This document shows, in pieces, positions 36,283 through 45,689 of a DNA stretch of 60,007 nt. The notes under the pieces were generated by a model that saw only the letters and a program-made list of their open reading frames with translations, did not search any database and was not told the origin of the DNA. The stretch's first letter is position 1. The number at the start of each line of letters is the position of its first letter. This DNA is from Candidatus Aegiribacteria sp. (lineage in GTDB: Bacteria; Fermentibacterota; Fermentibacteria; Fermentibacterales; JCC-6): NCBI GenBank assembly GCA_046498225.1, contig JAWOBF010000063.1, positions 1 to 60,007 on the forward strand. Reading direction: 5' to 3'. Made by a program: the position numbers and the translations under genes.

Positions 36283-37419
36283 ATGGTCCGGTTGTACGAT
36301 AAGCTCGAATACGATCCACCTGCCATACTGGTGCACGGAGTCCTGGAGGACAGCGAGGTGGACTCCGTAAGGGAGTTCATAGACGCCCACAGGCGCCGGC
36401 TGCTGGATTCCGGGCAGGCAAGAATAGATTTTTCGGACAGCACCGGCATCGACTCTGTGCCGGCGGTCATCATTCATGGTTTCTGCAAGGAGCTGAAGAG
36501 GGCCGGCGTCAGGGTCAGGCTGGTGAACCTGCCGGACCATGTGGAGAACATCTTCCAGTCGCTGGAGAAGTTCGATTCCAGGCCGGAGCCCGGCCCCCGC
36601 CGCCACAGCCTGAAACATCTGTTCGAGTCGTACGGGGAGAACGGCCGGGAGTTCGCGATGATGGTGGCTTCCATGCTGGGCTTTCTGTCCAGGACCATGG
36701 GTGATTTCTTCTGGCTCCTTCTGCATCCCATGCAGGTGAGATGGCAGATGGTGCTCTACTACATGGAGGAATCCGGCTACAAGGCCATACCCATCATCGT
36801 CCTTCTAAACGGACTTCTGGGAATAGTCCTGGGATACCAGGCCGGTTACCAGATGAGGATGTTCGGGGCCGAGACGTTCATGCCCACCCTTCTCGGGTAC
36901 AGCATAACCTGGGAGATAGGTCCCATGCTGGCGGCGGTACTGGTGGCGGGGAGGTCGGGCTCGGCCTTCGCCGCCGAGATAGGTACCATGCAGGTCAGGG
37001 AGGAGATCGACGCCCTCCGTGTCATGGGTTTCGACGTGTTCAGCTACCTTGTCACCCCCAAGATGATAGCCCTGCTCTTCGTGATGCCCTTCCTGGTGTT
37101 GCTGGCCAACCTTTCCGGTCTGCTGGGCGGTATGCTGGCCGGTACGATGTTCCTTGAGCTTTCCTCCTCCACTTTCATAAAGGAGCTGGGGAAGGCCCTC
37201 ATACCCCTGGACATCATCTGGGGAATGCTCAAGAGTGTCGTGTTCGCCGTGATAATAGCGAATGTGGGAAGCTTCATGGGCATGAAGGTCCGGGGCGGCG
37301 CCTCCGCTGTGGGACAGGCCACCACCGCGTCCGTGGTCATCAGCATATTCACCGTGATAATGGCGGATGCGCTTATGTCGCTGCTGTTCATTCACATCAG
37401 ACCTGGAATAGCGATGTGA
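36283..37419 (+). CDS. mlaE: MlaE family ABC permease with N-terminal STAS domain
   Basis: 'EIGPMLAAVLVAGRSGSAFAAEIGTM...EEIDAL..MG', 'VGQATT.SVV'. Confidence 0.92.
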   Translation: MVRLYDKLEYDPPAILVHGVLEDSEVDSVREFIDAHRRRLLDSGQARIDFSDSTGIDSVPAVIIHGFCKELKRAGVRVRLVNLPDHVENIFQSLEKFDSRPEPGPRRHSLKHLFESYGENGREFAMMVASMLGFLSRTMGDFFWLLLHPMQVRWQMVLYYMEESGYKAIPIIVLLNGLLGIVLGYQAGYQMRMFGAETFMPTLLGYSITWEIGPMLAAVLVAGRSGSAFAAEIGTMQVREEIDALRVMGFDVFSYLVTPKMIALLFVMPFLVLLANLSGLLGGMLAGTMFLELSSSTFIKELGKALIPLDIIWGMLKSVVFAVIIANVGSFMGMKVRGGASAVGQATTASVVISIFTVIMADALMSLLFIHIRPGIAM

Positions 37420-38183
37420 TAGTGGATACCGTAATGAAAGTGGAGGACCTGCAGGGCGGCTGGGGCGAGCAGATGGTGCTGGACCGGGTGAACCTCACCG
37501 TCCGCAGGGGAGAGATACTGGCGGTGGTGGGCAAGAGCGGCTGCGGCAAGAGCACACTCATGCAGCACATGCTGGGGCTGGTCGAACCGTGGAAGGGCAG
37601 AATACTCTTCCGGGACGTCGACATCTGGTCGAGTCCGGAAGCTATGAATAACGCCAGGAGGAGATGGGGCGTCACCTTCCAGTCCGGAGCGCTGCTTGGC
37701 AACCTCACCATTCTGGAGAACGTGATGCTTCCCCTGAAGGAGTATACGGACCTCTCCGAGGAGGAAATAGCCACAGTGGCCTACAGCAAGCTGGATACGG
37801 TGGGCCTGGCGGAATTCGGGGACTCCAGTCCAATGGAGGTTTCCGGGGGAATGCAGAAGAGGTCGGGCCTCGCGCGGGCCATGGCCCTGGACCCGGAAGT
37901 GCTTTTCTTCGACGAGCCCTCCGCCGGCCTCGACCCGGTGACTTCCTCCCATCTCGACTCTCTGATAAAGACCATAAACCAGTCGCTTGGAACCACGGTG
38001 GTCATTGTTACGCATGAACTGGCCAGTATATTTGCTATCTCGGACAGGGTGATAATGCTGGACGAGCGTGAACATGGAATAATCGCCGAGGGAACTGCGG
38101 AGGAACTTCGCGACACCAGCGGGAACAGAAGGGTCAGGGCGTTCTTCAGAAGGGAACCATCGGAGGAAGAGGAGGAAAGCTGA
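37416..38183 (+). CDS. mlaF: MlaF family ABC ATP-binding protein
   Basis: GKSGCGKS, 'SGGMQKR.GLARAMALDP...DEPSAGLDP', 'VTHEL'. Confidence 0.92.
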   Translation: MIVDTVMKVEDLQGGWGEQMVLDRVNLTVRRGEILAVVGKSGCGKSTLMQHMLGLVEPWKGRILFRDVDIWSSPEAMNNARRRWGVTFQSGALLGNLTILENVMLPLKEYTDLSEEEIATVAYSKLDTVGLAEFGDSSPMEVSGGMQKRSGLARAMALDPEVLFFDEPSAGLDPVTSSHLDSLIKTINQSLGTTVVIVTHELASIFAISDRVIMLDEREHGIIAEGTAEELRDTSGNRRVRAFFRREPSEEEEES

Positions 38184-38184
38184 C

Positions 38185-39054
38185 ATGTCCATGACCGGTA
38201 ACAAGTTCAAGCTGGGCCTGTTCTTCTTCATCGGAACGGTAGTGTTCATCGTGCTCATAATCTGGCTCACGGGAGGTTTCCAGGAGAAGCAGACCACGAT
38301 GTACGTCAGCTATTTCCCCTGGTCGGTGCAGGGACTCAACGAGAGCAGCAACGTAATGTACAACGGGGTACCGGTGGGTCATGTGTCAAGAATAGACATA
38401 GCGCCGGACGGCAAGCTGGTGGAAGTCGTGATGAAGATCCGCTCCGATTTCGAAGTGGACTCCACCATAGTAGCCACCATGCAGCTCATCGGCATCACAG
38501 GCCTGCAGGTGATAAACCTCAGTATCGATTCCGTCACCGCCTACCAGGATATGAGATACGGTTTCGAACCGGAGCACAGGGTCATACCCGTGGAGGCCGG
38601 GGCCATACAGACGGCCACCGGTTCACTCATGAGACTGGCTGAGATAATGCACGAGGTTGACTTCCAGGCCATCAGCGACCAGTTCTATCAGCTGCTGGAG
38701 AACACCAACGCCATACTGGCCAGCGACAAGATAGAGAAGATAGAGGCTTCCATCATAAGCAATTCGGAGAACCTCGATTCCCTGCTGGTTACATACACCA
38801 GGCTGGGGAGGAACCTGGACAGGCTGGTGGTAAGGCTGGACCGCATGGCGCCGGAGCTAGCCGACGACCTGGATTCACTTATCGTGGAGCTGCATGCCCT
38901 TTCGGAACCCATGGGGAGGTTCGCGAATACGCTTGATGAACTGCTGGTGGAGAGCTCGGAAGTGCTGCACAATCTGTCCCTGTTTCTGGAGATACTTCGC
39001 AGCAACCCGTCGGAACTTTTAATTCGAACTTCGGGAGAGGGGGTCTGGCAGTGA
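38185..39054 (+). CDS. mlaD: MlaD/MCE family protein
   Basis: N-terminal TM; 'SVQGL...V.YNGV.VG.V..I' MCE motif; helical C-terminus. Confidence 0.9.
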   Translation: MSMTGNKFKLGLFFFIGTVVFIVLIIWLTGGFQEKQTTMYVSYFPWSVQGLNESSNVMYNGVPVGHVSRIDIAPDGKLVEVVMKIRSDFEVDSTIVATMQLIGITGLQVINLSIDSVTAYQDMRYGFEPEHRVIPVEAGAIQTATGSLMRLAEIMHEVDFQAISDQFYQLLENTNAILASDKIEKIEASIISNSENLDSLLVTYTRLGRNLDRLVVRLDRMAPELADDLDSLIVELHALSEPMGRFANTLDELLVESSEVLHNLSLFLEILRSNPSELLIRTSGEGVWQ

Positions 39055-39677
39055 TGCGCAGACCGTTGGTTTTCATCATTCTTCTTTCTACAGTCCTCTT
39101 TTCAGCATGTATAAATGTAAACGTGCCCATCGGGGGCGACCCGGAATCCGCCGCTTCCGTCTGGACGGTGGAGCCAGACAGAATACTTCCCATGACCGTT
39201 TCCAGGGACCTTGTAGTGCATATAAAGGATTTCAGCTCCGCCCAGGCTGCACAGGGCGTTCAGATGATGGTGCTCACCGAGGACGGTACCATGAACAAAG
39301 CCGCCGGGAACATCTGGAGCAGCAGGCCCGCCGAGCTGCTGCCGGACATACTGCTGCGTGATATGGTGTCCGCCGGAGGGTGGGCTGCCGTACTGCGGAA
39401 ATCCACCATGCTGAGGGAGGACCTCATAGTCGAGGGTTACGTGAGGGAATTCGGAGGCAGGGTAGTCGAAGGCAGATGGGAAGCCGTCCTGGATGTGGAC
39501 GTTACTCTGCTGGAAGGCGGAAGCTACGACCTCCTCTTCCAGGAGAACTACCGTTTCCACTGGGAGCTGGACGAGCCTTCCTACGCTGACCTGGCAGCGG
39601 CTATGAACATCCTGGTGGGCATCTGGAGCGAAGAAGTACTGGGCGACATCTGGTCGGCGACACTCCCGGTCCGCTGA
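39051..39677 (+). CDS. ABC-type transport auxiliary lipoprotein (PqiC-like)
   Basis: Lipobox FSAC; 'W...P..LL...L' motif; last gene of the mla operon. Confidence 0.75.
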   Translation: MMRRPLVFIILLSTVLFSACINVNVPIGGDPESAASVWTVEPDRILPMTVSRDLVVHIKDFSSAQAAQGVQMMVLTEDGTMNKAAGNIWSSRPAELLPDILLRDMVSAGGWAAVLRKSTMLREDLIVEGYVREFGGRVVEGRWEAVLDVDVTLLEGGSYDLLFQENYRFHWELDEPSYADLAAAMNILVGIWSEEVLGDIWSATLPVR

Positions 39678-39735
39678 CCGTCTCGTATTCTGAGCGATTC
39701 GCTGTGATCCGCATTCTGTCCCCACCAACGGAGGT

Positions 39736-40659
39736 ATGATGGCCGTCTTCGGCAGGAAGAAGAAAGAGGAAAACTCAGGGCGGGCGGCCCCGGCGCCGCA
39801 GCCGGCTTCCGACGAACTGCTGAACTACATCATCGTGATACTGGACAGCTGCCGGTACGATACCTTCATGGAAGCTTCCCCCCGAACCATACTGAAGCTG
39901 GGGGAAACTGAATCCCGCTATTCCTACGCGTCCTGGACCGCCCCCTCACACTACAACCTGCTCATGGGTCTCATGCCCCACGTAAGCCCCAGGCACGTAT
40001 TCGCCTCCGAGTACTACAAGAAGGACTTCGTCAGGTTCAACGAAAGGCTGGGGGCCCATGGAATAGGGTTCCGGAGCCTGGTGCCCCGTCTGTACCTTCC
40101 CGACTACCTCAGGAGCAGCCTGGGTTACATAACAAGGGCGATGGTTTCACTGCCGGTGCTGAACAGCCATACTCCGGTGAACTTCGGTTTCGATTCCTGG
40201 AAGCTCATGCCGGACCACAATGACATGGCGGCCATGCTGGACGAGATGACCTTCAGCACTTCCAGGCCGACTTTCTACCTCCTCAACGTGGGTGAGACTC
40301 ATTACCCCTACGCCCTTCCCTCCGAGCCCAGGAACGAGTGGCCCAGGATAAGCGGTGTTCACGGGGTTTTCAAGCACCTTGACGAACACGTGGTGGGCGG
40401 AAAACTGGTGGATGACGACCGCACGCCCAGGTTCTTCGACCAGGAGCAGCTGGACAGGCTTCGAGCCAGGCAGGTGGAGACGGTGAAATACCTCGACGGA
40501 GTGTTCGAGAGGCTGTTCGACATAGTGCCGGACAACACCTACATAACCGTCACCTCCGACCACGGGGAACTTTTTGGCGAGGAAGGATATTTTGGACACG
40601 GCCCAATATTCCATGAAAAAGTGTTCGAGGTGCCCTTCCTGGAAGGAAGGATACGCTGA
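39736..40659 (+). CDS. Alkaline phosphatase/sulfatase superfamily metalloenzyme
   Basis: 'LDSCRYD', 'SWTAPSH', 'ETHYPY', 'TSDHGELFGE.G.FGHG'. Confidence 0.85.
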   Translation: MMAVFGRKKKEENSGRAAPAPQPASDELLNYIIVILDSCRYDTFMEASPRTILKLGETESRYSYASWTAPSHYNLLMGLMPHVSPRHVFASEYYKKDFVRFNERLGAHGIGFRSLVPRLYLPDYLRSSLGYITRAMVSLPVLNSHTPVNFGFDSWKLMPDHNDMAAMLDEMTFSTSRPTFYLLNVGETHYPYALPSEPRNEWPRISGVHGVFKHLDEHVVGGKLVDDDRTPRFFDQEQLDRLRARQVETVKYLDGVFERLFDIVPDNTYITVTSDHGELFGEEGYFGHGPIFHEKVFEVPFLEGRIR

Positions 40660-40683
40660 AGGATTGACCTGAAAGGAGGAGTC

Positions 40684-42546
40684 ATGGCCAAAGGACCCAG
40701 AAAACTCAAATTCAAGGCCGAGACCAGAAAAGTGCTGGATATTGTCATCAACAGCCTTTATTCCCATCCCGACATCTTTCTGAGGGAACTCATATCGAAT
40801 TCGTCCGACGCCCTCGACAAGCTCCGTTTTCAAATGCTGACCTCGCCGGAACTGGATACCGACAGGGAATTCAGAATAGACATTCTGCCCGACGGAGAGG
40901 CCGGGACCCTCACCGTCCGGGACAACGGCATCGGAATGACCGAGGAGGAGATGGCGAAAGAGCTGGGAACCATAGCCAGCTCCGGGACCAGGGGATTCCT
41001 CGACGAACTCGCCCGGCCAGACGGCGAGACCGCCCCCGAGCTGATAGGTCAGTTCGGCGTGGGATTCTACTCGGTATTCATGGTGGCGGACAGGGTGGTG
41101 GTCCTCTCCAGAAAGGCCGGCGCGGGAGAGCCCGGCCACAGGTGGGAATCCACCGGCCATGACACCTTCACCCTCCGGGCGGAGGAGGACATACCGGAGG
41201 GAACAAGCGTGATCCTCCATCTCAAGGAGGACATGGATGAATACCTGGAGGGCTACAGGCTCAAGGAGCTGGTGAGGAAATACTCCGATTTCATATCCTA
41301 CCCGGTATACGTGAAGACCGAAGGGGACCAGGACTGGGAGAAGGAGCCGGTCAACAGCCAGAAGCCCATCTGGACCCGTCCCGAGGAGGAGGTCTCCGAC
41401 CAGGAGTACGCCGATTTCTACAAGCATCTCAGCTTCGACCCTCAGGAGCCGCTGGACAGGATGGTCTTCCATGCCGAAGGCATAACCGAGTTCTATTCCC
41501 TACTGTTCATACCTTCATCCCGCACGATGGAAATGCTGATGCCGGACTACAAGACAGGCGTGCGGCTGTTCATCAGGAAAGTGCTCATAGAGGAGGAGGC
41601 GGAGGAGCTGCTTCCAAGGTATCTCCGCTTCATAAAGGGCGTGGTGGAATCCAGCGACCTTCCTCTGAACATCTCCCGAGAGACCCTGCAGGAGAACAGG
41701 ACGGTCAGGGTCATAAGGAAGGCTCTTACCGGCAAGGTTCTGGGGTGGCTCGGGGAGATGATGGAAAACGACATGGATAAGTACAGGCTGTTCTTCGCCA
41801 GCTTCGGTGACCTGATAAAGGAGGGCATATACGCAGACCTCGAGCACAGGGATGACCTGGCGGACCTGCTGCTGGTCTGGACCTCGAAGAGCGGTGACGG
41901 CATGAAGAGCCTGAAATCCCTGGCGGAGCAGCTTCCGGAGGACCGGGACCGCCTCTGCTACATCACCGGCACCGACAGGCGCGAACTCGCCTCCTCCCCC
42001 TACCTGGAATCGGTGGGCGGGTCCGGGGAGGAAGTCATACTCTTCGACAGCCCGGTGGACGAGTTCATGCTTCAGGCCCTGGGCGAGTACAGGGGCAAGA
42101 AGATGGTGTCCCTGCTGAGGGAAGTTGACGAGGGCGACCTCAGCGAAGCGGAGAAGGCTGAGAAGAAGCACGCGGAAGAGACCTACGCAGGACTGCTGGA
42201 GTACATGAAGGACCAGCTGGGTGAGCGTGTGGAAGATGTCAGATTCTCTCCGAGGCTGAAGGAGAACCCCTGCATACTGGTCAGTGACCGGAGCGACCCC
42301 GGGGATATGATAAGACAGATGATGAGGTCGCTGAACCAGGAGGTCCCGCAGGCGAAGAAGATACTGGAGCTGAACCCGGTCCACCCGGTGATAGAGAAGC
42401 TGCAGGAACTGTACGAGAATGAAAGGTCCGGGGACAGGCTTAAGGATTACGTGCGGATACTCTTCGACCTGGGAACGGTCATGGCCGGAGGTCGGCCGGA
42501 GAATCCGGCGGAGTTCGGCAGGAGGGTCACAGCCCTTCTTGAATAG
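40684..42546 (+). CDS. htpG: Molecular chaperone HtpG (Hsp90)
   Basis: 'SLYS..IFLRELISNSSDALDKLRF', 'DNGIGMT', 'IGQFGVGFYS', 'LPLNISRE.LQ'. Confidence 0.97.
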   Translation: MAKGPRKLKFKAETRKVLDIVINSLYSHPDIFLRELISNSSDALDKLRFQMLTSPELDTDREFRIDILPDGEAGTLTVRDNGIGMTEEEMAKELGTIASSGTRGFLDELARPDGETAPELIGQFGVGFYSVFMVADRVVVLSRKAGAGEPGHRWESTGHDTFTLRAEEDIPEGTSVILHLKEDMDEYLEGYRLKELVRKYSDFISYPVYVKTEGDQDWEKEPVNSQKPIWTRPEEEVSDQEYADFYKHLSFDPQEPLDRMVFHAEGITEFYSLLFIPSSRTMEMLMPDYKTGVRLFIRKVLIEEEAEELLPRYLRFIKGVVESSDLPLNISRETLQENRTVRVIRKALTGKVLGWLGEMMENDMDKYRLFFASFGDLIKEGIYADLEHRDDLADLLLVWTSKSGDGMKSLKSLAEQLPEDRDRLCYITGTDRRELASSPYLESVGGSGEEVILFDSPVDEFMLQALGEYRGKKMVSLLREVDEGDLSEAEKAEKKHAEETYAGLLEYMKDQLGERVEDVRFSPRLKENPCILVSDRSDPGDMIRQMMRSLNQEVPQAKKILELNPVHPVIEKLQELYENERSGDRLKDYVRILFDLGTVMAGGRPENPAEFGRRVTALLE

Positions 42547-42824
42547 GGGCGCTGTTCCGCCCGGCCCATGGCCGGCGGGTCAGCCCTGACCGCCTGTCTC
42601 GATGTGGCCCCCCCTGCGCGCGCCTTCCCGATCCTGGCCATGTCGGCAGGTTCCAGCCGCTCAGTTCCGCTCTTCATAAGGTGAAACCCCTGCAGGTGAG
42701 CGGTTCCCTGAAGGGCGGAGCAGTACTCCCCCCGCCGGGGCCGGCCTGCGAGGATGGACATTGCGCATCGGCTCTGCTTACATTCCGTGAAACGACGTTC
42801 TCACAGACGGAAAGGATGGGTGGC

Positions 42825-43172
42825 ATGCCCCTTATCAGACTGGAGACCGACAGGATATCCGGATCGGAGAACCTGGATGACCTGCTGGAGAAGATGTCGG
42901 CGACTGTTGCCGAGGCCCTGGGCAAACCTCTTGACTACGTAATGGCTTCGGTGTCCCCCTCGCGGATATCCCTGGGAAACCGCGCCGGGGACGCGGCGCT
43001 GGTGCAGGTCATGAGCATAGGCGGTCTGGACCCCCGGGTGAACGGTATCGCAGCCGTCTCCATCACCGAACTCCTGACGGCTGAACTGGGCCTGGACCCT
43101 GAACGGGTCTACGTCACCTTCACCGATGTTCCCGGGGAGAACTGGGCCTGCGGGGGCACTACCTTCAGGTAG
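42825..43172 (+). CDS. MIF/phenylpyruvate tautomerase family protein
   Basis: N-terminal Met-Pro (MPLIRLET), 'LGKP..YVM', 'SIGGL', 'RVYVTF.D....W...G.TF'. Confidence 0.88.
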   Translation: MPLIRLETDRISGSENLDDLLEKMSATVAEALGKPLDYVMASVSPSRISLGNRAGDAALVQVMSIGGLDPRVNGIAAVSITELLTAELGLDPERVYVTFTDVPGENWACGGTTFR

Positions 43173-43174
43173 CC

Positions 43175-43867
43175 ATGGCAAAAAAACTGATAGCCGTGGT
43201 GGATGACGAACCGGATATACTGGAGCTTGTGTCGGTCAACCTGCGAAGGGCCGGTTTCCAGGTTTCGGAGTACCGCAACTCCTCCGATTTCATCGGTTCG
43301 CTCCGGGAGGAGAGACCGAACCTGGTTGTTCTGGACCTGATGCTGCCGGATACCCATGGCACGGAGGTCTGCAGGATGATGAGGACCTCGAAGGAAACGG
43401 CCGGAATACCAATCATCATGCTCACCGCCATGGTTGAGGAATCCGACAGGGTCGCGGGACTGGAGCTGGGTGCGGACGACTACGTCACCAAACCGTTCTC
43501 ACCCCGGGAGCTGGTGGCCAGGGTCAAGGCGGTGCTGAGAAGGAGCGGTTCGAACAACCGCGGCGGAGAGCTGATAGAAGCCGGCGGCATGCTCTCCATA
43601 GACCCCGAACGCTTCACCGCGTCGGTGAAGGGTGTGGAAGTTGAACTCACCTCCACCGAGTTCAGGCTTCTGCACGCGCTGGCGGAGGGCAGGGGAAGGG
43701 TCTTCTCCAGGAGAAGGCTTCTGGAAATCCTCTGGCAGGGTGAGAAGTACGTCACCGAACGCACCATAGACGTTCACATTGCTCACCTTAGAAGCAAGCT
43801 GGGTGACGCCGGGGAACTGATAGAGAACGTCAGGGGAATCGGCTACAGGCTGGCGGAGAAGGCTTGA
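43175..43867 (+). CDS. phoB: OmpR/PhoB family response regulator
   Basis: REC domain 'DLMLP', 'GLELGADDYVTKPFSPREL'; winged helix 'RTIDVHI..LR.KL'; adjacent to the pst operon. Confidence 0.88.
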   Translation: MAKKLIAVVDDEPDILELVSVNLRRAGFQVSEYRNSSDFIGSLREERPNLVVLDLMLPDTHGTEVCRMMRTSKETAGIPIIMLTAMVEESDRVAGLELGADDYVTKPFSPRELVARVKAVLRRSGSNNRGGELIEAGGMLSIDPERFTASVKGVEVELTSTEFRLLHALAEGRGRVFSRRRLLEILWQGEKYVTERTIDVHIAHLRSKLGDAGELIENVRGIGYRLAEKA

Positions 43868-45588
43868 AGACCATATTCGGCCGGTCTTTCTCCGGTTTTC
43901 TGGCGGTCATACTGATACTTGCCGTTCTGGCACCGCTCCTCATCTACAACACCGTGAGGTCCCGGTTGAACGGTCTGGCCGTAACGAACCTCACCAGGAC
44001 CGCCGAATCACTCCAGTTCACCCTTTCCCCCATTCTGCACGAAGACCCGGCGAAGCTGGATTCCATCCTGGACGGGCTGGGTGAGAGGCTGGACATCAGA
44101 ATCACGCTGATAGCCGGGGACGGCTCGGTACTGGCGGATTCCGAAGAGGACCCGGAGACCATGGAGAACCACCGGACGAGGCCGGAGGTCATCTGCGCCT
44201 TCAACGGCGTCACGGGAACCTCCTCCCGGGAGAGCGCAACTCTGGGCAGGGAAATGATATACGTGGCCGTACCCATTCAGGTGGAGGATACAATACCCGC
44301 GGTTATCCGGACCAGCCTCTTCTTCTCCGAGCAGAGGGCAATGCTGGAGGATGTTTTCGTGGACATGGCCATCGTGATGGGTGTGGTGCTTCTGGCGGGG
44401 CTGCTGATGGCCTGGTTCATCTCGGGAAGCCTCTCCAGGCCCATAAGGAACATAGCCGGGGCCACCAGGAGAGTGGGCCGGGGAGACTATTCCGTAAGGA
44501 TACCGCCGTGTTCCATCAAAGAGCTGAGCGGGCTGTCCTCCGACATCAATTCCATGATATCCAGGACCCACGGCCTGATAGAGGAGCTCTCGAACAAGAA
44601 CGAGAGCCTGAACGCTGTCATCAGGTCCATTTCCGGTGGTCTTGTAGTCCTCGACAGCCAGGGTACTGTGGTCACCGCGAACGGGAATTTCAGAGAGATG
44701 GCGGGGGCCGGCGGTCGGGAGGAGGGAACCAGCTACACAGGTTTCATGACCGACCCGGAGTTCAGCGATTTCATCGGCCGTGTCCTGCGGGAGGGGGTGC
44801 GTTCCGGTGAGGTGACCTCCAAAGGCAGGATCTATTCCGCCAGGGCTGCCGAGGTGGCCGGGACAGGCAGTCTGGTGGTGACCTTCAGGGACGTGACCGA
44901 GCTGGTGGAGACAGCCCGGATGAAGAGGGAATTCGCGGCCAACGCCTCCCATGAGCTCAGGACACCCCTCACGGCCATAAAGGGCTATACGGAAACGCTG
45001 CTGGAGGATATGTCCGGTGAAGCCGCCAGATACATGAAAGTCATACTTCGAAACACCGACAGACTGATAAGGATAGTGGACGACATGAGGACCCTCTCGG
45101 AGCTGGAGCATCCGATGACCAGCCTGGACATGTCAGACGTGAACATCGTGGACGTGGCCCGCGATTCCATAGACCTCTTCCGGAGCAGGGCGGAGGAGAA
45201 GGGACTGGAGCTCAGCCTCCGCTCCGAGCCGGGCATACCATCGATAAGGGCGGACAGATTCCGAATCGAGCAGGTTATGGTCAACCTGCTGGAGAATGCC
45301 GTCCGGTATACCCGTGCCGGATCAGTGACCGTGATGACGGGTTCACGGGGCGGCTATGTGACCGTGGTGGTCTCCGACACCGGAGAGGGCATAGAGGAGA
45401 AGCATCTGCCCAGGCTCTTCGAGAGGTTCTATGTTGTGGACAGGGCCCGGTCCAGGAGCCGGGGCGGCACCGGTCTGGGCCTGGCCATAGTGAAGCATAT
45501 AGTAACTCTGCACGGGGGATGGGTCCGGGTCAGCAGCTCTCCGGGGTCCGGGACCATGTTCACCTTCGGCCTTCCGGCAAATCCTTAA
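43864..45588 (+). CDS. phoR: PhoR-type sensor histidine kinase (Cache/HAMP/PAS)
   Basis: 'ENH..RPEV', 'ANASHELRTPLT', 'FERFYVVDRARSR..GGTGLGLAIVKHIV'. Confidence 0.88.
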   Translation: MKTIFGRSFSGFLAVILILAVLAPLLIYNTVRSRLNGLAVTNLTRTAESLQFTLSPILHEDPAKLDSILDGLGERLDIRITLIAGDGSVLADSEEDPETMENHRTRPEVICAFNGVTGTSSRESATLGREMIYVAVPIQVEDTIPAVIRTSLFFSEQRAMLEDVFVDMAIVMGVVLLAGLLMAWFISGSLSRPIRNIAGATRRVGRGDYSVRIPPCSIKELSGLSSDINSMISRTHGLIEELSNKNESLNAVIRSISGGLVVLDSQGTVVTANGNFREMAGAGGREEGTSYTGFMTDPEFSDFIGRVLREGVRSGEVTSKGRIYSARAAEVAGTGSLVVTFRDVTELVETARMKREFAANASHELRTPLTAIKGYTETLLEDMSGEAARYMKVILRNTDRLIRIVDDMRTLSELEHPMTSLDMSDVNIVDVARDSIDLFRSRAEEKGLELSLRSEPGIPSIRADRFRIEQVMVNLLENAVRYTRAGSVTVMTGSRGGYVTVVVSDTGEGIEEKHLPRLFERFYVVDRARSRSRGGTGLGLAIVKHIVTLHGGWVRVSSSPGSGTMFTFGLPANP

Positions 45589-45623
45589 CAGAAGCTTAAC
45601 ATTCCCGAGATACTGCCTTAACA
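45584..45623 (+). promoter_or_regulatory. Pho box (11-bp-periodic CTTAACA direct repeats)
   Basis: CTTAACA at 45584, 45595 and 45617, with a degenerate site at 45606, upstream of porin-pstS. Confidence 0.8.
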
Positions 45624-45689
45624 GATTGGGCGGATTTTACTCCCCATGCAACCGGGTACTGTAACCTGAATCCATGAAGGGAGTATGGG

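Noticed and set aside
42640..42685. SAM-I riboswitch or SRP RNA on the minus strand (CTTATGAAGAGCGG...; CAGGATCGGGAAGG nearby)
   Set aside because: Only a few leading bases match; the downstream conserved cores are absent.
42681..42824. 48-aa N-terminal extension of the MIF-like protein
   Set aside because: The family needs an N-terminal Pro; Met-Pro at 42825 has an upstream SD-like sequence.
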